DNA of 64,000 nucleotides from an uncultured Acidobacteriota bacterium. Its GTDB lineage: Bacteria > Acidobacteriota > Thermoanaerobaculia > UBA5066 > Gp7-AA6. The notes under the pieces were generated by a model. It was not told the origin of the DNA and did not search any database. It saw nothing but the letters and a program-made list of their open reading frames with translations. The DNA lies in the NCBI GenBank assembly GCA_963776755.1, contig CAVZNW010000001.1, forward strand, positions 483,266-547,265, written 5' to 3'. The position numbers and the translations under genes were made by a program. Positions 22,308 through 36,155 of the stretch are shown here, one piece after another (within the stretch, counting starts at the first letter, position 1; every line of letters begins with the position of its first letter).

Positions 22308-24203
22308 GTGACCATCGCCCAGCGCCCGCCGACCCGCGTCCTTCGACTGGCCGCGGCCGCCGTCCTTCTCGCCGCCGCGGCGGCGGGGACGGCCCAGGAG
22401 GCCCTCTCGCCTCTGCCGCCGCCCGTCACGCGGAGCCAGTACCGCTCGCAGTGGTTCGAGTTCCTCTCGGCTTTCTCGGAGAACGACACCGCGGCGGAGA
22501 AGCGCGCCCTCGACGGCATGCTGCGCGCGGGGCGCAAGGTCGGGATCTCGCGCCTCTCGGACTTCTCCCGCACGTCCGTCTTTCTCGGACGCCGCGCCGA
22601 GAAGCTCGGCGAGGCCGATCGGGCGGCGCGGGCCTACGACGCGGCCCTGAAGCTCGACGAGTCGAATCCGGACGCCATCTTCGCGCGCCTGTCCTTCATG
22701 GTGCGCCACGGCCGTGCCGTCGACGCGCTCAAAGCCGTCCCGGGGGCCGCGGCCGCGCTTCTGTCGACGCGCGAGGCGCGGGTCGCGATCGCCTCTTCGC
22801 TGGGACTGTGGCTGGCGCTCGCCCTCGCGGGGACGCTCTTCGCGACGATCCTCGCCCTCGGCGTGCGGCACTTCCCGCGGATGGTCCACGACGTGTCGGA
22901 GGCCGCGCGCCGCCGATTCGGCCGAAGCGGCGTCCTCCCGCTCGCGCTCGTGATCCTCGGGCTGCCGCTCTGCGTGGGCCTCGGGCCGCTGTGGCTGCTG
23001 CTGTACTGGGGCGCGCTGCTCTACGCCTACACGGAGAAGAGCGAGCGCGTCGTTCTCGTCGCCGGGCTGATCGGGCTCGCGCTCGTCCCGCCGCTGCTGG
23101 CCCGGATCACGGCCGCCAACATCGAACAGCGCTCGCCCCTCTTCGTCGCGGCCATCGACCTCGCGGAGCGCCGCGAGGACGCCAGCGCCGAGGACGGGCT
23201 GCGCCAGGCGGCCGCGGTTTTCCCCGACGATTCGGACGTCTGGTTCCTGCTCGGGATCTACGCCGAGCGCTCCGGCGACCTCGAGCGCGCGCAGACCGAC
23301 TACGGCCGCGCCATGCAGGCGGATCCGGCGGACTATCGGCCGATCCTGAACCGCGGCAACGTCCGGTTCACGGAGGGCGATTACGGGGAGGCGATCCGGG
23401 ATTACGTCGAGGCCGGCAAGCGGGCGCCGCGCGCCGCCGACGTGTTCTACAACCTCTCGCTCGCGCGCGGCGAGGCCTACGACTTCGACGGACAGGCCGC
23501 GGCGATGGCCCAGGCGCGCCAGATCTCCGCCTCCCAGGTCAATGCGTGGGCGGGCACCCCGACGCTCTCGCGCGTGGTCCCCGCCGGATACGCGCTCGAC
23601 CGGGCGCGGGCGCGCATGGCCGCCTGGGACGCCCAGCCCCGGAGCCGGCGGCTGCCGGGCCACGGCAGCGCGCGCGGCTGGCGGCAGTACCTGTCGTGGT
23701 GGTCCCTCGCGCCGCTCGCCGCCCTCGCCCTCGGCGCCCTCCTCGCGCGCTTCCGGCGCCGGCGGGGCCTCGCCGAGGAGTGCGCCCGGTGCGGGCGCGC
23801 GTTCTGCAACGGCTGCCGGCGCTGGGGCGACGCCTCGCTCTACTGCGCGGCCTGCTCGCGGCTCCACGCGAAGAAGGACGACGTCGACATCGAGGAGCAG
23901 GTCGCGGAGACGCGGGCCATGCAGCGGCGCGCGCTCTGGAAGCACCGCGCCAGCCGCATCGCATCGCTCCTGCTGCCGGGCTCGCACGCGTTCGCCTCGG
24001 GCCGGCCGTTTCGAGGGGCGGCCGTGCTCTTCGTCTTCTTCTTCGGGCTCGCGGCGGCGATCGTCGACGACCGGTTCTTCGACCCGTTCACGCTGCCTCC
24101 CGAGGGAGGCCTGCGGCTGACGGTCGTCGCCGGCGCTGCGGTGGCCGCCCTGGTCTGGCTGCGCGCCCAGTGGGGCGCGAGGAGAGTTCCCAGTGGGTCT
24201 TGA
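22308..24203 (+). CDS. Membrane TPR protein with a Cys-rich zinc-finger-like motif
   Basis: TPR repeats, several TM segments and CARCGRAFCNGC...CAAC. Confidence 0.8.
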   Translation: MTIAQRPPTRVLRLAAAAVLLAAAAAGTAQEALSPLPPPVTRSQYRSQWFEFLSAFSENDTAAEKRALDGMLRAGRKVGISRLSDFSRTSVFLGRRAEKLGEADRAARAYDAALKLDESNPDAIFARLSFMVRHGRAVDALKAVPGAAAALLSTREARVAIASSLGLWLALALAGTLFATILALGVRHFPRMVHDVSEAARRRFGRSGVLPLALVILGLPLCVGLGPLWLLLYWGALLYAYTEKSERVVLVAGLIGLALVPPLLARITAANIEQRSPLFVAAIDLAERREDASAEDGLRQAAAVFPDDSDVWFLLGIYAERSGDLERAQTDYGRAMQADPADYRPILNRGNVRFTEGDYGEAIRDYVEAGKRAPRAADVFYNLSLARGEAYDFDGQAAAMAQARQISASQVNAWAGTPTLSRVVPAGYALDRARARMAAWDAQPRSRRLPGHGSARGWRQYLSWWSLAPLAALALGALLARFRRRRGLAEECARCGRAFCNGCRRWGDASLYCAACSRLHAKKDDVDIEEQVAETRAMQRRALWKHRASRIASLLLPGSHAFASGRPFRGAAVLFVFFFGLAAAIVDDRFFDPFTLPPEGGLRLTVVAGAAVAALVWLRAQWGARRVPSGS

Positions 24204-25455
24204 AGGCACGCTCAAGGTCTTTTCGCTGACCGACATCTTCCAGATGCTCGGCCTGCAGCGAAAGACCGGCGTCCTGAACGTCGAGGGCGAGGACGACTCG
24301 ATCACGATCTCGTTCCTGGCCGGACAGGTCGTCGCCGCGGAGTCGACGGTGAAGCGGCTCGACAACCGGCTCGGCAACCTCCTGATCCGCGCCGAGTACG
24401 TGACGCAGGAGCAGCTCGACCGCGTCCTTTCGGTCCAGAGGGAAACGAAGCAGCGCATGGGCGCCCTCCTCGTCAAAGAAGGCCTGATCGACCCCCAGGA
24501 GCTCCGCGAGGCGCTGCGTCTCCAGATCGCGCGGATCGTCTACTCCGCGTTTCGCTGGCCGGACGGCCGCTTCCGCTTCAGCCAGGAAGGCGTGGTCGAC
24601 TACGACGCCGAGCACATGGCGCCCGTGTCGATCGACTCGATCCTCATGGAGGCGGCGCAGATGGTGGACGAGTGGCCGCTCTTCGAGAAGAAGATCGGCT
24701 CGCTCACGGCCGTCTACCGCCGCGCGCCCGGCGTCGAGAACGTCAAGCTCGTCCACGGCGAGAAGGACCCGCCCGAGGGCACGCTCTCGGTGTCGAAGTC
24801 CGAAGCCGGGACCTGGCGCTGGATCGACGGCAGGCGCTCGGTTGCCGACATCATGGAACGCGCTTTTCTATCCGACTTCGAGGTCCTCAGGGGCTCGGCC
24901 GATCTGCTGGGGCGGCACCTGATCGAGCTCGGCCGCGTCGAGGAAGAGCCCGAGCCCGCCCCGTTGCCCGAGCCCGAAGCCCCGTCGCGCGGGGCAGGGC
25001 GCTCGGTCTCTCTCTGGGCGGCGCTCGCCGCTCTCGCCGCGTTCGCGGTCTACCTCATCCCGCGCAATCCCGCCAACCTCTTCCTGCGGTCGCCCGGCGA
25101 GATCGCCGAGGGCGTCGAGCTGCGCCGGGCGATCTCGTTGAACCGCGTCGTCGCGGTCGAGCGCGCGGTGCGGATCTACTACGACTCCAGCGGACGTTAC
25201 CCGCGCAGCCTCGAAGATCTCGTGGTCGCCGGCATCCTCGGCGAGGACGCTCTGCGCGATCCCTACGGCCGGTTCTACCGGTACATCCTTCGGGCCGAAG
25301 ACGGCAAGTTCGGCCTCTACGGCCGAAACGCCCTGGGCCAGATCGACCTCGACCTCTCCCTCGAGCGCAGCCTGGCCCCGGTCTCGGAGCTCCGCCCGGC
25401 GCCTTCCAGGGCCCCGCAGCAGACCGAACGGCCGAGCGTCCAGGTCGTGGAGTGA
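24193..25455 (+). CDS. DUF4388 (PATAN-like) protein with a TM segment and a pseudopilin-like C-terminus
   Basis: MGLEGTLKVFSLTDIFQML..KTGVL, RLGNLL, W.DGRFRF; C-terminus GRYPRSLEDLV..DPYGRFYRY. Confidence 0.8.
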   Translation: MGLEGTLKVFSLTDIFQMLGLQRKTGVLNVEGEDDSITISFLAGQVVAAESTVKRLDNRLGNLLIRAEYVTQEQLDRVLSVQRETKQRMGALLVKEGLIDPQELREALRLQIARIVYSAFRWPDGRFRFSQEGVVDYDAEHMAPVSIDSILMEAAQMVDEWPLFEKKIGSLTAVYRRAPGVENVKLVHGEKDPPEGTLSVSKSEAGTWRWIDGRRSVADIMERAFLSDFEVLRGSADLLGRHLIELGRVEEEPEPAPLPEPEAPSRGAGRSVSLWAALAALAAFAVYLIPRNPANLFLRSPGEIAEGVELRRAISLNRVVAVERAVRIYYDSSGRYPRSLEDLVVAGILGEDALRDPYGRFYRYILRAEDGKFGLYGRNALGQIDLDLSLERSLAPVSELRPAPSRAPQQTERPSVQVVE

Positions 25456-25463
25456 GGCAAGAA

Positions 25464-27480
<2,017 letters not shown>

Positions 27481-27564
27481 CCGGGCCGAAGGCGGACGGC
27501 GGGCGGCAGGCCGCGAATCTCCTGCCGTCCGCCGCCTGCCGACTGTAAACTTGGGTCAGAATCC

Positions 27565-28014
27565 ATGACGGTCTTTCGCTGGAACTCGCTGCAGGATCTT
27601 TTCGCCATCCAGGAAAAGGTCAACCGCCTCTTCGAGGAGACCATCCACCGGACGGAGTTTCCCGACGACGGCCTCGACGCGGCTCTGTGGTCCCCGGCCG
27701 CGGACGTCTACGAGACGCCGGAGGAGATCATCCTGCACATCGAGCTTCCCGGGGTCCGCCTCGAGGACGTCCGGCTCGAGGCCCTGGACGGGCGGCTGCG
27801 CGTCTCGGGCCAGCGCAAGACCAACGGCGCCGAGCCCCGCCAGTTCGTGCGCATGGAGCGCATCTACGGCAACTTCTCCCGCGATTTTCCGGTTCCGGCC
27901 TCGCTCGACCCCGGGGGGATCAAGGCGACGCTTCGCGCCGGAGTCCTGCGGGTCGTGGCGCACGAAACGGAGAAGGGCCAGTCGATCCCGGTCGAGCCGC
28001 GGAGGGCGCGGTGA
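27565..28014 (+). CDS. Hsp20/alpha-crystallin small heat-shock protein
   Basis: [24 protein letters not shown] and GVLRV. Confidence 0.92.
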   Translation: MTVFRWNSLQDLFAIQEKVNRLFEETIHRTEFPDDGLDAALWSPAADVYETPEEIILHIELPGVRLEDVRLEALDGRLRVSGQRKTNGAEPRQFVRMERIYGNFSRDFPVPASLDPGGIKATLRAGVLRVVAHETEKGQSIPVEPRRAR

Positions 28015-28403
28015 AATCCGGGGGTCGGACCGGCGTATTCCGGATCGGCGTGATCGCGGAAAAGTACGGGATCCACCCGCAGACGCTGCGCATGTACGAG
28101 CGCGAGGGGCTCCTGCGCCCGGCGCGCACCGAGGGAAATACCCGCCTGTACGACTCCGACACGATCGAACGGCTCGAGATCATCCTGACGCTGACCCGGC
28201 ACCTGGGGGTCAACCTGGCCGGCGTGGAGGTCATCCTCCACATGAAACAGCGCATGGAGCGCATGCACGGGGACGTCCACCGGATGCTCGAGATGCTCCG
28301 GGAGGAGCTCGAGGGCCGCCGGGCCCCCGGGGGGGAGTCGACCCTCGCCCTGGCCAAGATCCCCGGCCGCCGGTACGCCGCGGGCCGGTCGGAACGGGGC
28401 TAG
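28011..28403 (+). CDS. hspR: Heat-shock repressor HspR (MerR family)
   Basis: IHPQTLRMYEREGLLRPARTEGNTRLY and LGVNLAGV. Confidence 0.88.
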   Translation: MKSGGRTGVFRIGVIAEKYGIHPQTLRMYEREGLLRPARTEGNTRLYDSDTIERLEIILTLTRHLGVNLAGVEVILHMKQRMERMHGDVHRMLEMLREELEGRRAPGGESTLALAKIPGRRYAAGRSERG

Positions 28404-28502
28404 CGACCAGCCGCCGCCACGGCCCCTTCGTCCCGCCTCTGGTGCCTCCGGCCTCCCGTCTCATATAGAATCCCGCGTTCTTATGACCGTTTGGGAGGCG
28501 TT

Positions 28503-30223
28503 GTGAAAAGAGTCGTCTTCTTTGTCGTCGGCCTGGCTTTCGCGGCATCCGTCCTGGCCGATCTCTCGAAGTACAAGGACTGGGACCGATCGCCGGAGGC
28601 CTACTTCCTGACGCCCGCGGAGCGCACGGAATGGAAGGCGGTCACGACCGACGAGGCCGCCGAGAAGTTCATCGCGCTCTACTGGGCCAGGCGCGGCGGC
28701 GAGCCCTTCAAGCAGGAGATCTCGCGCCGGATCGCGGCGGCGGACCAGCAGTTCAAGCTCGCGCGGTACAAGCGGGGCGCGGACTCGGTCCGCGGCCGCC
28801 TGCTCGTCACGCTGGGGCCCCCGTCGCGCGTCGGGCAGACGCGCGCCCAGGAGGGGGGAGCGCTCGACGGCTCCGAGGGCGCCACGATCCCGAGGACGGA
28901 CACGGGATTCTCGGGGGATGCGAGCTCCGCGGCGGTCCTCTACACGTGGACCTGGGACAAGGACAAGCTGCCGCCCGTGCTCGGCCTTTCGGAGCTCCGC
29001 GCCCAGATCTCGGTCGACCCGCGCGTGGGCACCGACGAGCTCCGAAACGGAGCACAGGTCGAGAAGGCCATCGCGACGCTGGCGGAAAAGACGATCGTCA
29101 ACCCCAACGCGACCCTGGTCGCTGCGGCTCCGGCGCGCCCCGGCTCCTGCCGCACCGGCGCGGGCGCTGCCGGCACCTGCTGCCGCCGCCGGAGCGGCCT
29201 GCGCGCGGCTCCGGCCGCGCCGCGGTGCTCCCGCTTCCGGCCGCGGTCAAGACGGCGCTCGAGTCGGCTCCGGCCGCGGTGGCGGGGGAAGCCGGCTTCT
29301 GGTCCGGGACCTTCCGCTCCGTGACGGGCGACGACTTCCTCGCCATCCAGTTCTATCTCCCGGCGAACAAGGCCGCCTTCGCGGGGGCGACGCCCCTGAA
29401 GCTCGCGGGCATGGTCACCGACGGAGCGGGGCAGGAGGTTCAGTCCTTCTGGGAGGACGCGGTCTTCTCGGAAGTCGCCGAGGGCACGCGCAAGGATCGC
29501 GTGGTCGACCGGTCGGTGGGGCTTCCCCCCGGGACCTACAAGGGGACCTTCGGCGTTTTCGCCGCCGAGGGACAGCCGCCGCTGGCTTCCGCGTCCATGC
29601 CGTTCACGCTCAACGCGAAGTCGACGGAGTTCGAGGTGTCGCCCCTCATCCTGTCGAGCGGACTCGTGCCGCTGACGAAGCGGCCCGGCCCGATCGATCC
29701 GTTCGTCTTCGGCACCGACAAGCCCATCAAGGTCGAGCCCAAGGGCGACCGCGCGTTCTCCAAGCAGGACAGCCTCTGGTACTTCTACGCCGTCACCAAC
29801 GCGTCGATCCCGGCGCCGGCCCCCACGCCGGCCCCGGCGGCCGATGCCGCGGCGGCTCCTCCGGCAGCGGGCGCGGCCCCGGCCGCTCCGGCGCCTGCGG
29901 CCGCGGAGCCCAAGCCCCGCGTCATGACGCGGATCAACGTGCAGCGGGACGGCCAGGACGCCTTTGCCCCGTTCACGGGGCCGGCGGACCTGATGGCCAT
30001 CTCGGGCGGGCGGTACGGTACGGGCAGCGAGATTCCGCTGGCATCCTTCGAGCCCGGGTACTACACCTTCGCGATCCTGGTTCGCGACCTGAACGCGCCG
30101 CGCGGCTCGGCGGCGAACAAGGGCATCGAGCGCAAGGACGACTTCATCGTGCTGATGCCGGACGGCAGCCTGCCGCCGAAGAAGGCCGCGGCGGCGCCGG
30201 CTCCTCCCAAGAAGAAGTCGTAA
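28503..30223 (+). CDS. Secreted GWxTD-like domain protein (indel in an Ala/Pro linker)
   Basis: Signal peptide; YFLTPAER..KFIALYWARR..RIAAAD..RGRLLVTLGPP; the core motif is diverged to GADSVRGR. Confidence 0.7.
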
Positions 30224-30233
30224 CCAAGTCCGA

Positions 30234-30293
30234 GTAGGGGCGGCCCTCGCGGCCGCCCGGACGAGAGGGGGCGGGGATAAACCCCGCCCCTAC
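30234..30293. repeat. Inverted pair of GTAG-family REP elements (REPIN/BIME-like)
   Basis: GTAG-GGGCGGCC-CTCGC-GGCCGCCC ... GGGCGGGG-ATAAA-CCCCGCCC-CTAC. Confidence 0.75.
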
Positions 30294-30315
30294 GTTTGTC
30301 CGGCGGTGTTCGCGG

Positions 30316-31955
30316 CTACTCGATCCGGACGTTCGCCCGCGCGGTCCCCATCTTTCCGGTCGCGACGTCGCGGACGTTGACGACGATCCGGTAGTTGCCC
30401 TTCCTGGTCTGAAGGTTGGTGGAGTAGCCGACGAGCTCGCTCGAGCCGACCTTGTCGGCGGGGATCTCGAAGGTCGATTCCTGCCGGCCGATGTCGCTCA
30501 TGTGGCCCTTGTCGTCGATGGCACCGATGTAGAACGAGGCCCGGGCCGAGGCCTTGTCGCCGTTGGGCATGAAGGTCAGGGCCGAAATGGGCATCGTCAC
30601 GGTGATCGGAAGCTGGAAGAGCTTCTTCTCGCCGGGGGTCGCCGGTGCGGTCTTCAGCTGCGCCGGGATGCCGGTGTAGGAGAGGTCGGTCTGGAGGGTC
30701 GCCAGCGCCTTCTGCGACACGACGGCCTCCTCGGGCCGCTCCTCGAACCCGCGCCGCGAGCGGACGGTCACACCGGGCCGGTTGACCGAGACCGCGACCT
30801 TTTCGTACTTGCCGACCGTCATCCCCGAGAGGTTGACGCCGATCGAGTAGTAGGTCGAAACGGCCTCGTAGACGGTCCCGAGGCCCTGCTGGAAGTCGTT
30901 GCTGTTCAAGAGCGCCCGTCCTCCCGTCTCGTAGGCGAGCTGCTGGAGTCCGTTCTGGCGGTCCTGGCGCGCCTGGAAGCCGACACCCGGCCGGCTCGAG
31001 AGCGGATCGTCCTGAGCGGCGCCGATGCCCTCGGTCGTCAGGCCCGTGGCGTCGACCGTGAAGAACGTGATGTCGTCGGCATTGGCGCTCCGGGCCATCC
31101 CGGCGACCCGCTCGGGGATCTGCCGGATGTTGGTGAAGTTGAGCGAGGGGGCCGCGACCGAACCCGACGCGTACTGCGCCATCACGTAGCCCGGCTGGTA
31201 CTCGAATCCGCCCGAGACGAAGAGAAAGGACTTCTTGCCCGAGAGCGGCGTGAGCGTGACGAGCTCGTTCTGCATGCTCGTCAGCATCGTCTCGATCTCC
31301 TGGGCGGTCTCCGCGGCGTACTGCTGGACGTACCCGGCGCGGCGGCGCCGCGGCGTCGAGTCGATCATGGCAATCGTCTGCCGCTGGGTCTGGAGGCGCG
31401 ACATGCCCGGGTGCTCGCGCTCGATCTTCGAGATCGCGGCCATCGCCGTCTCCTTGCTGGTGGTCCAGTCCGTCAGGACGATGGGAGAGCGGTCGAAGAG
31501 CACCACGCGGGTCGCGTCGTACGGTCCGAGGCGCGAGACGAAGTCCGAGAGGGCGTTCAGGCTGCGGTTGCGGATCCCGGCGAGATGAACCCGAGGTCGA
31601 TATAGATCAGGAAGTTGCGCGGGACGATCGTCTCGTCGCCCTGGCGATAGGCCTTCAGGACCTGGTCGGGCGAAGCCGCCGCCAGGTCCGGGGTGTGGAT
31701 CGTCCCGGCGTCGACCCGGGTGAAGTAATCGATCCGCGCCGGCTTCCCGGCGATCTCGACCGAGAAGTCCTCGCGCGTCAGGCCCGTCACCGGCGTTCCC
31801 TTCGAATCCGTGACGTCGACGTCGAGGTCGAGGACGCGAACCTCGACCTTCTCCGAGAAAACCTGGGGCGGGGGCGGGGGTGCCGGCGCCGGCTCCTGGC
31901 CGAGGGACACGGCGGCGGCGAGCAGGAGGGCGATGGCGGGGGTTCTCGATCGCAT
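30316..31955 (-). CDS. Secreted VWA-related protein (Acidobacteria type; indel near 31580)
   Basis: Signal peptide, VDVTDSKGTPVTGLTREDF, GKKSFLFVSGGF, LAYETGG and YYSIG. Confidence 0.8.
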
Positions 31956-32106
31956 CGTTCGATCCTTTCTTGTGGGGCCCGGGGCAGGTCGTTGCCGGCC
32001 GCGAAGTCCGCTCGATACGGCACCGTCAACGTCGCGGAGCCGGCGGGGATTTCCGGAATGTCCTCTTTTGAGGAAAGATTCAGCCGGGGCCCAGGGCCGG
32101 AGGGGT

Positions 32107-33525
32107 CTATTCCTTGCCGACGCCGACCGGATCGAGGCCGAGGTACTCGAAGAGCATGTTGAGCTCGGCGGCGATCTCGTCGGCCTCGAGCTCGTCGCCC
32201 ACCTCGACGGGCAGGCTCCCGATGGCGCAGCCGGGGACCGCCGAGCGGGCGGTCCGGACCAGGGCGGCCGAGGCGCTCGGGTCGGTCCCGTCGTCCGAGA
32301 GCGCCGCCTCGAAGTCGCGGGGCAGGCCCCAGATCTCGGCGCGGGCCCGGCCCACGGCCGGCCGGTAGGTCTCCAGGATGGCCCCCCGGAAGGGGCCCGC
32401 CGGGAGGTTCATCTCGCGGACGATCTCGAAGAGGTCCGCGTAGCCGATGCAGTGGAGGAGGCCGAGCGTGTACCCGCGCTCCCGCGAGATCCCGTATCGC
32501 TCGGCGAAGCGTCCGGCCGCGAGCGCCGCGGCGAGGCTGGCGCGGCGCACGGCCCGGGCCGCCGGGTCGTTCTTCGGAAGCGCCGGGAAATCGCTGGAGG
32601 AGAGCCGGTCGATCAGGACGGTCAGCGCGCGCGCTCCGATGCGCTCGATCGCGTCGGGGACCGTGCCGACCGAGTTCTCGCGGTCGACCGAGAGCGAGTT
32701 GGCGAGGATCAGAAGGTCGAGCGTCAGGTACTGGTCGAGGGCGGCGATCGGCACGACGGCCTGGGCGTCGAGCGGCGACTTCTTGAGCAGCTCCAGCAGC
32801 AGCGTCGCCGTGTCCTCGTGGACCGGGCGCATGAGGTAGTTCTTGATGAGGCGTTCCCGCAGCCGGCGGGCGAACTCCTGGAACCGGGCCGCGTGGCCGC
32901 GGGCCTCCATCGGCTCGAGCTGCGTGTCGATGCGCTCGAGGGCCTCCCAGAAGTGCTCCTCGATGGCGTCCGGCAGAAACGGGATCACCCAGGCATCGGC
33001 CGCCTCCCAGGTCTCGCGGCGCTCCTTGCGGGAGAGCCGGTGGGTGTCGTCGAGCTGCTTGACCCCCTGGAAGGCGAGGGCCTGGCCGCGCAGCGTCAGG
33101 CCGATCCGGAGGATCGGCGTCACGCGGTAGGTGGGGTCGTAGTCGAAGTTGGCCTCGCGCCACTCGAAGATCTCGAAGAGGAGCTTGCGGGCCAGGTCCT
33201 CGACGCGCAGCGACAACCCGTCGAGCGTGTCGTGGCCCATCTCGAGGATCAGCCGCGTCAGGTTTTCCTGGGTCGTCATGTTCCGGGCCAGGAGCTCGTA
33301 GAGGGTGGCGGCGGGCAGCGCCCCGCTCCGGAGCAGGTGAACGCCGAGCCGGTGGCGGGGGAGGGACCCGGAGACGTAGACGATCTCCCCGTCCTTCCAG
33401 TCGAGGGTCCGGCGGTCATGCCCGCGCGTGACGAGGAGCCGGCCCGATCGCCGGTTCAGTTCCATCCACTGAAGAAGGTCCGCGAGGCCGAAGACCTCGA
33501 GGCGCCCTCGGAAATGCTCGGTCAT
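32107..33525 (-). CDS. DUF4388 plus HDOD-like domain signalling protein
   Basis: FRGRLEVFGLADLLQW..SGRL; LTLDLLILANS and YTLGLLHCIG. Confidence 0.75.
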   Translation of the reverse strand: MTEHFRGRLEVFGLADLLQWMELNRRSGRLLVTRGHDRRTLDWKDGEIVYVSGSLPRHRLGVHLLRSGALPAATLYELLARNMTTQENLTRLILEMGHDTLDGLSLRVEDLARKLLFEIFEWREANFDYDPTYRVTPILRIGLTLRGQALAFQGVKQLDDTHRLSRKERRETWEAADAWVIPFLPDAIEEHFWEALERIDTQLEPMEARGHAARFQEFARRLRERLIKNYLMRPVHEDTATLLLELLKKSPLDAQAVVPIAALDQYLTLDLLILANSLSVDRENSVGTVPDAIERIGARALTVLIDRLSSSDFPALPKNDPAARAVRRASLAAALAAGRFAERYGISRERGYTLGLLHCIGYADLFEIVREMNLPAGPFRGAILETYRPAVGRARAEIWGLPRDFEAALSDDGTDPSASAALVRTARSAVPGCAIGSLPVEVGDELEADEIAAELNMLFEYLGLDPVGVGKE

Positions 33526-33605
33526 TGGCGCTGTGACGAGGATTTTAGCACCCGCCCGGCGGCCCCGAGGCGCGCCCGGGGCCCGCCCGTGCCAGAATCC
33601 GGCGT

Positions 33606-35183
<1,578 letters not shown>

Positions 35184-35225
35184 CTGAAGAGGCCGTTAAG
35201 TTTCACTCTCTGAGTCGCTTGCACG

Positions 35226-35428
35226 TGTGGAAAAAGGGTCGGCCGGCCGTTTCCGCATTCGAGCCTTCTGCACAGCGGCTTGGGCATCCGGGTTAAATGC
35301 TGATGACGCAGGACTTGTCCGACCGCACAGGTCTCGGTGCAAATCGCTGCCGGAGCCCCCGATTTCGCGATTTTCGGGCCATTTCCGCAGGGTTATGGAC
35401 AGGGTTTTCCGCCGAATCTCCGGAAAAC
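35226..35428. promoter_or_regulatory. Cluster of DnaA-box-like 9-mers
   Basis: TGTGGAAAA (35226), TTCTGCACA (35266), TTATGGACA (35393) and weaker copies in a lower-GC intergenic gap. Confidence 0.35.
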
Positions 35429-35464
35429 TGATTTCGTTCAAGCAGGCGCGCCTTTTCACGCCGC

Positions 35465-36125
35465 CTACACGCCGACTTTGGGGCACAGCGGCTCGACCGG
35501 GCAGTCGCCGCAGAGGGGCTTTCGGGCGGCGCAAACCCGTCGTCCGTGGAAGATCAGGAGATGCGCGGCGAGCGTCCGACGGCCTTTCGGAACGATTTCG
35601 TTCAGGTCCTGCTCGACCTTGACGGGATCGCGTCTGGCGCGTGAGGCCCATCCGGCGCGCGAGGCGGCCGACGTGCGTGTCGACGACGAATCCCTCGTCC
35701 TTGCCGAACGCGTTTCCGAGGACGACGTTGGCGGTCTTGCGCCCGACACCCGGGAGCACCACCAGCTCCTTCATCGTGTCCGGGACGACCCCGCCGTGGC
35801 CGGCCGCGATCGCCGCGCCCATCGCGCGCAGGCTCTTCGCCTTCGCGTTGAAGAACCCGGTCGAGTGGATCTCGCGCTCGAGGACGCCGCGCGGCGAGCG
35901 GGCGTAGTCGGCCGCCGTCCGGTACTTCGCGAAGAGCGCGGGCGTCACGATGTTGACGCGCTTGTCGGTCGACTGCGCCGAGAGGATCGTCGCGACGAGG
36001 AGCTCGAGCGGGCTCGAATGGTCGAGCGCGCACTTCGCGTCGGGGTAGGCCTTCTTCAGGCGCCGGAGGATCGCCGCGGCGCGGCGCCTCTTGTCCGGAA
36101 GGGTTTCTTTCGGGCGGCGGGCCAT
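35465..36125 (-). CDS. nth: Endonuclease III (indel near 35635)
   Basis: [30 protein letters not shown] and C-x6-C-x2-C-x5-C. Confidence 0.95.
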
Positions 36126-36155
36126 GGACGGGATTCTATGTGTAGGATCGGCGCC

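Noticed and set aside
27491-27533. GC-rich hairpin between dnaK and hsp20 as an ncRNA or thermosensor
   Set aside because: No recognisable family features; it could simply be a stabilising or terminating hairpin.
29120-29910. Ala/Pro-rich repetitive stretches as repeat arrays
   Set aside because: They are low-complexity protein linkers within a CDS, not spaced repeats.
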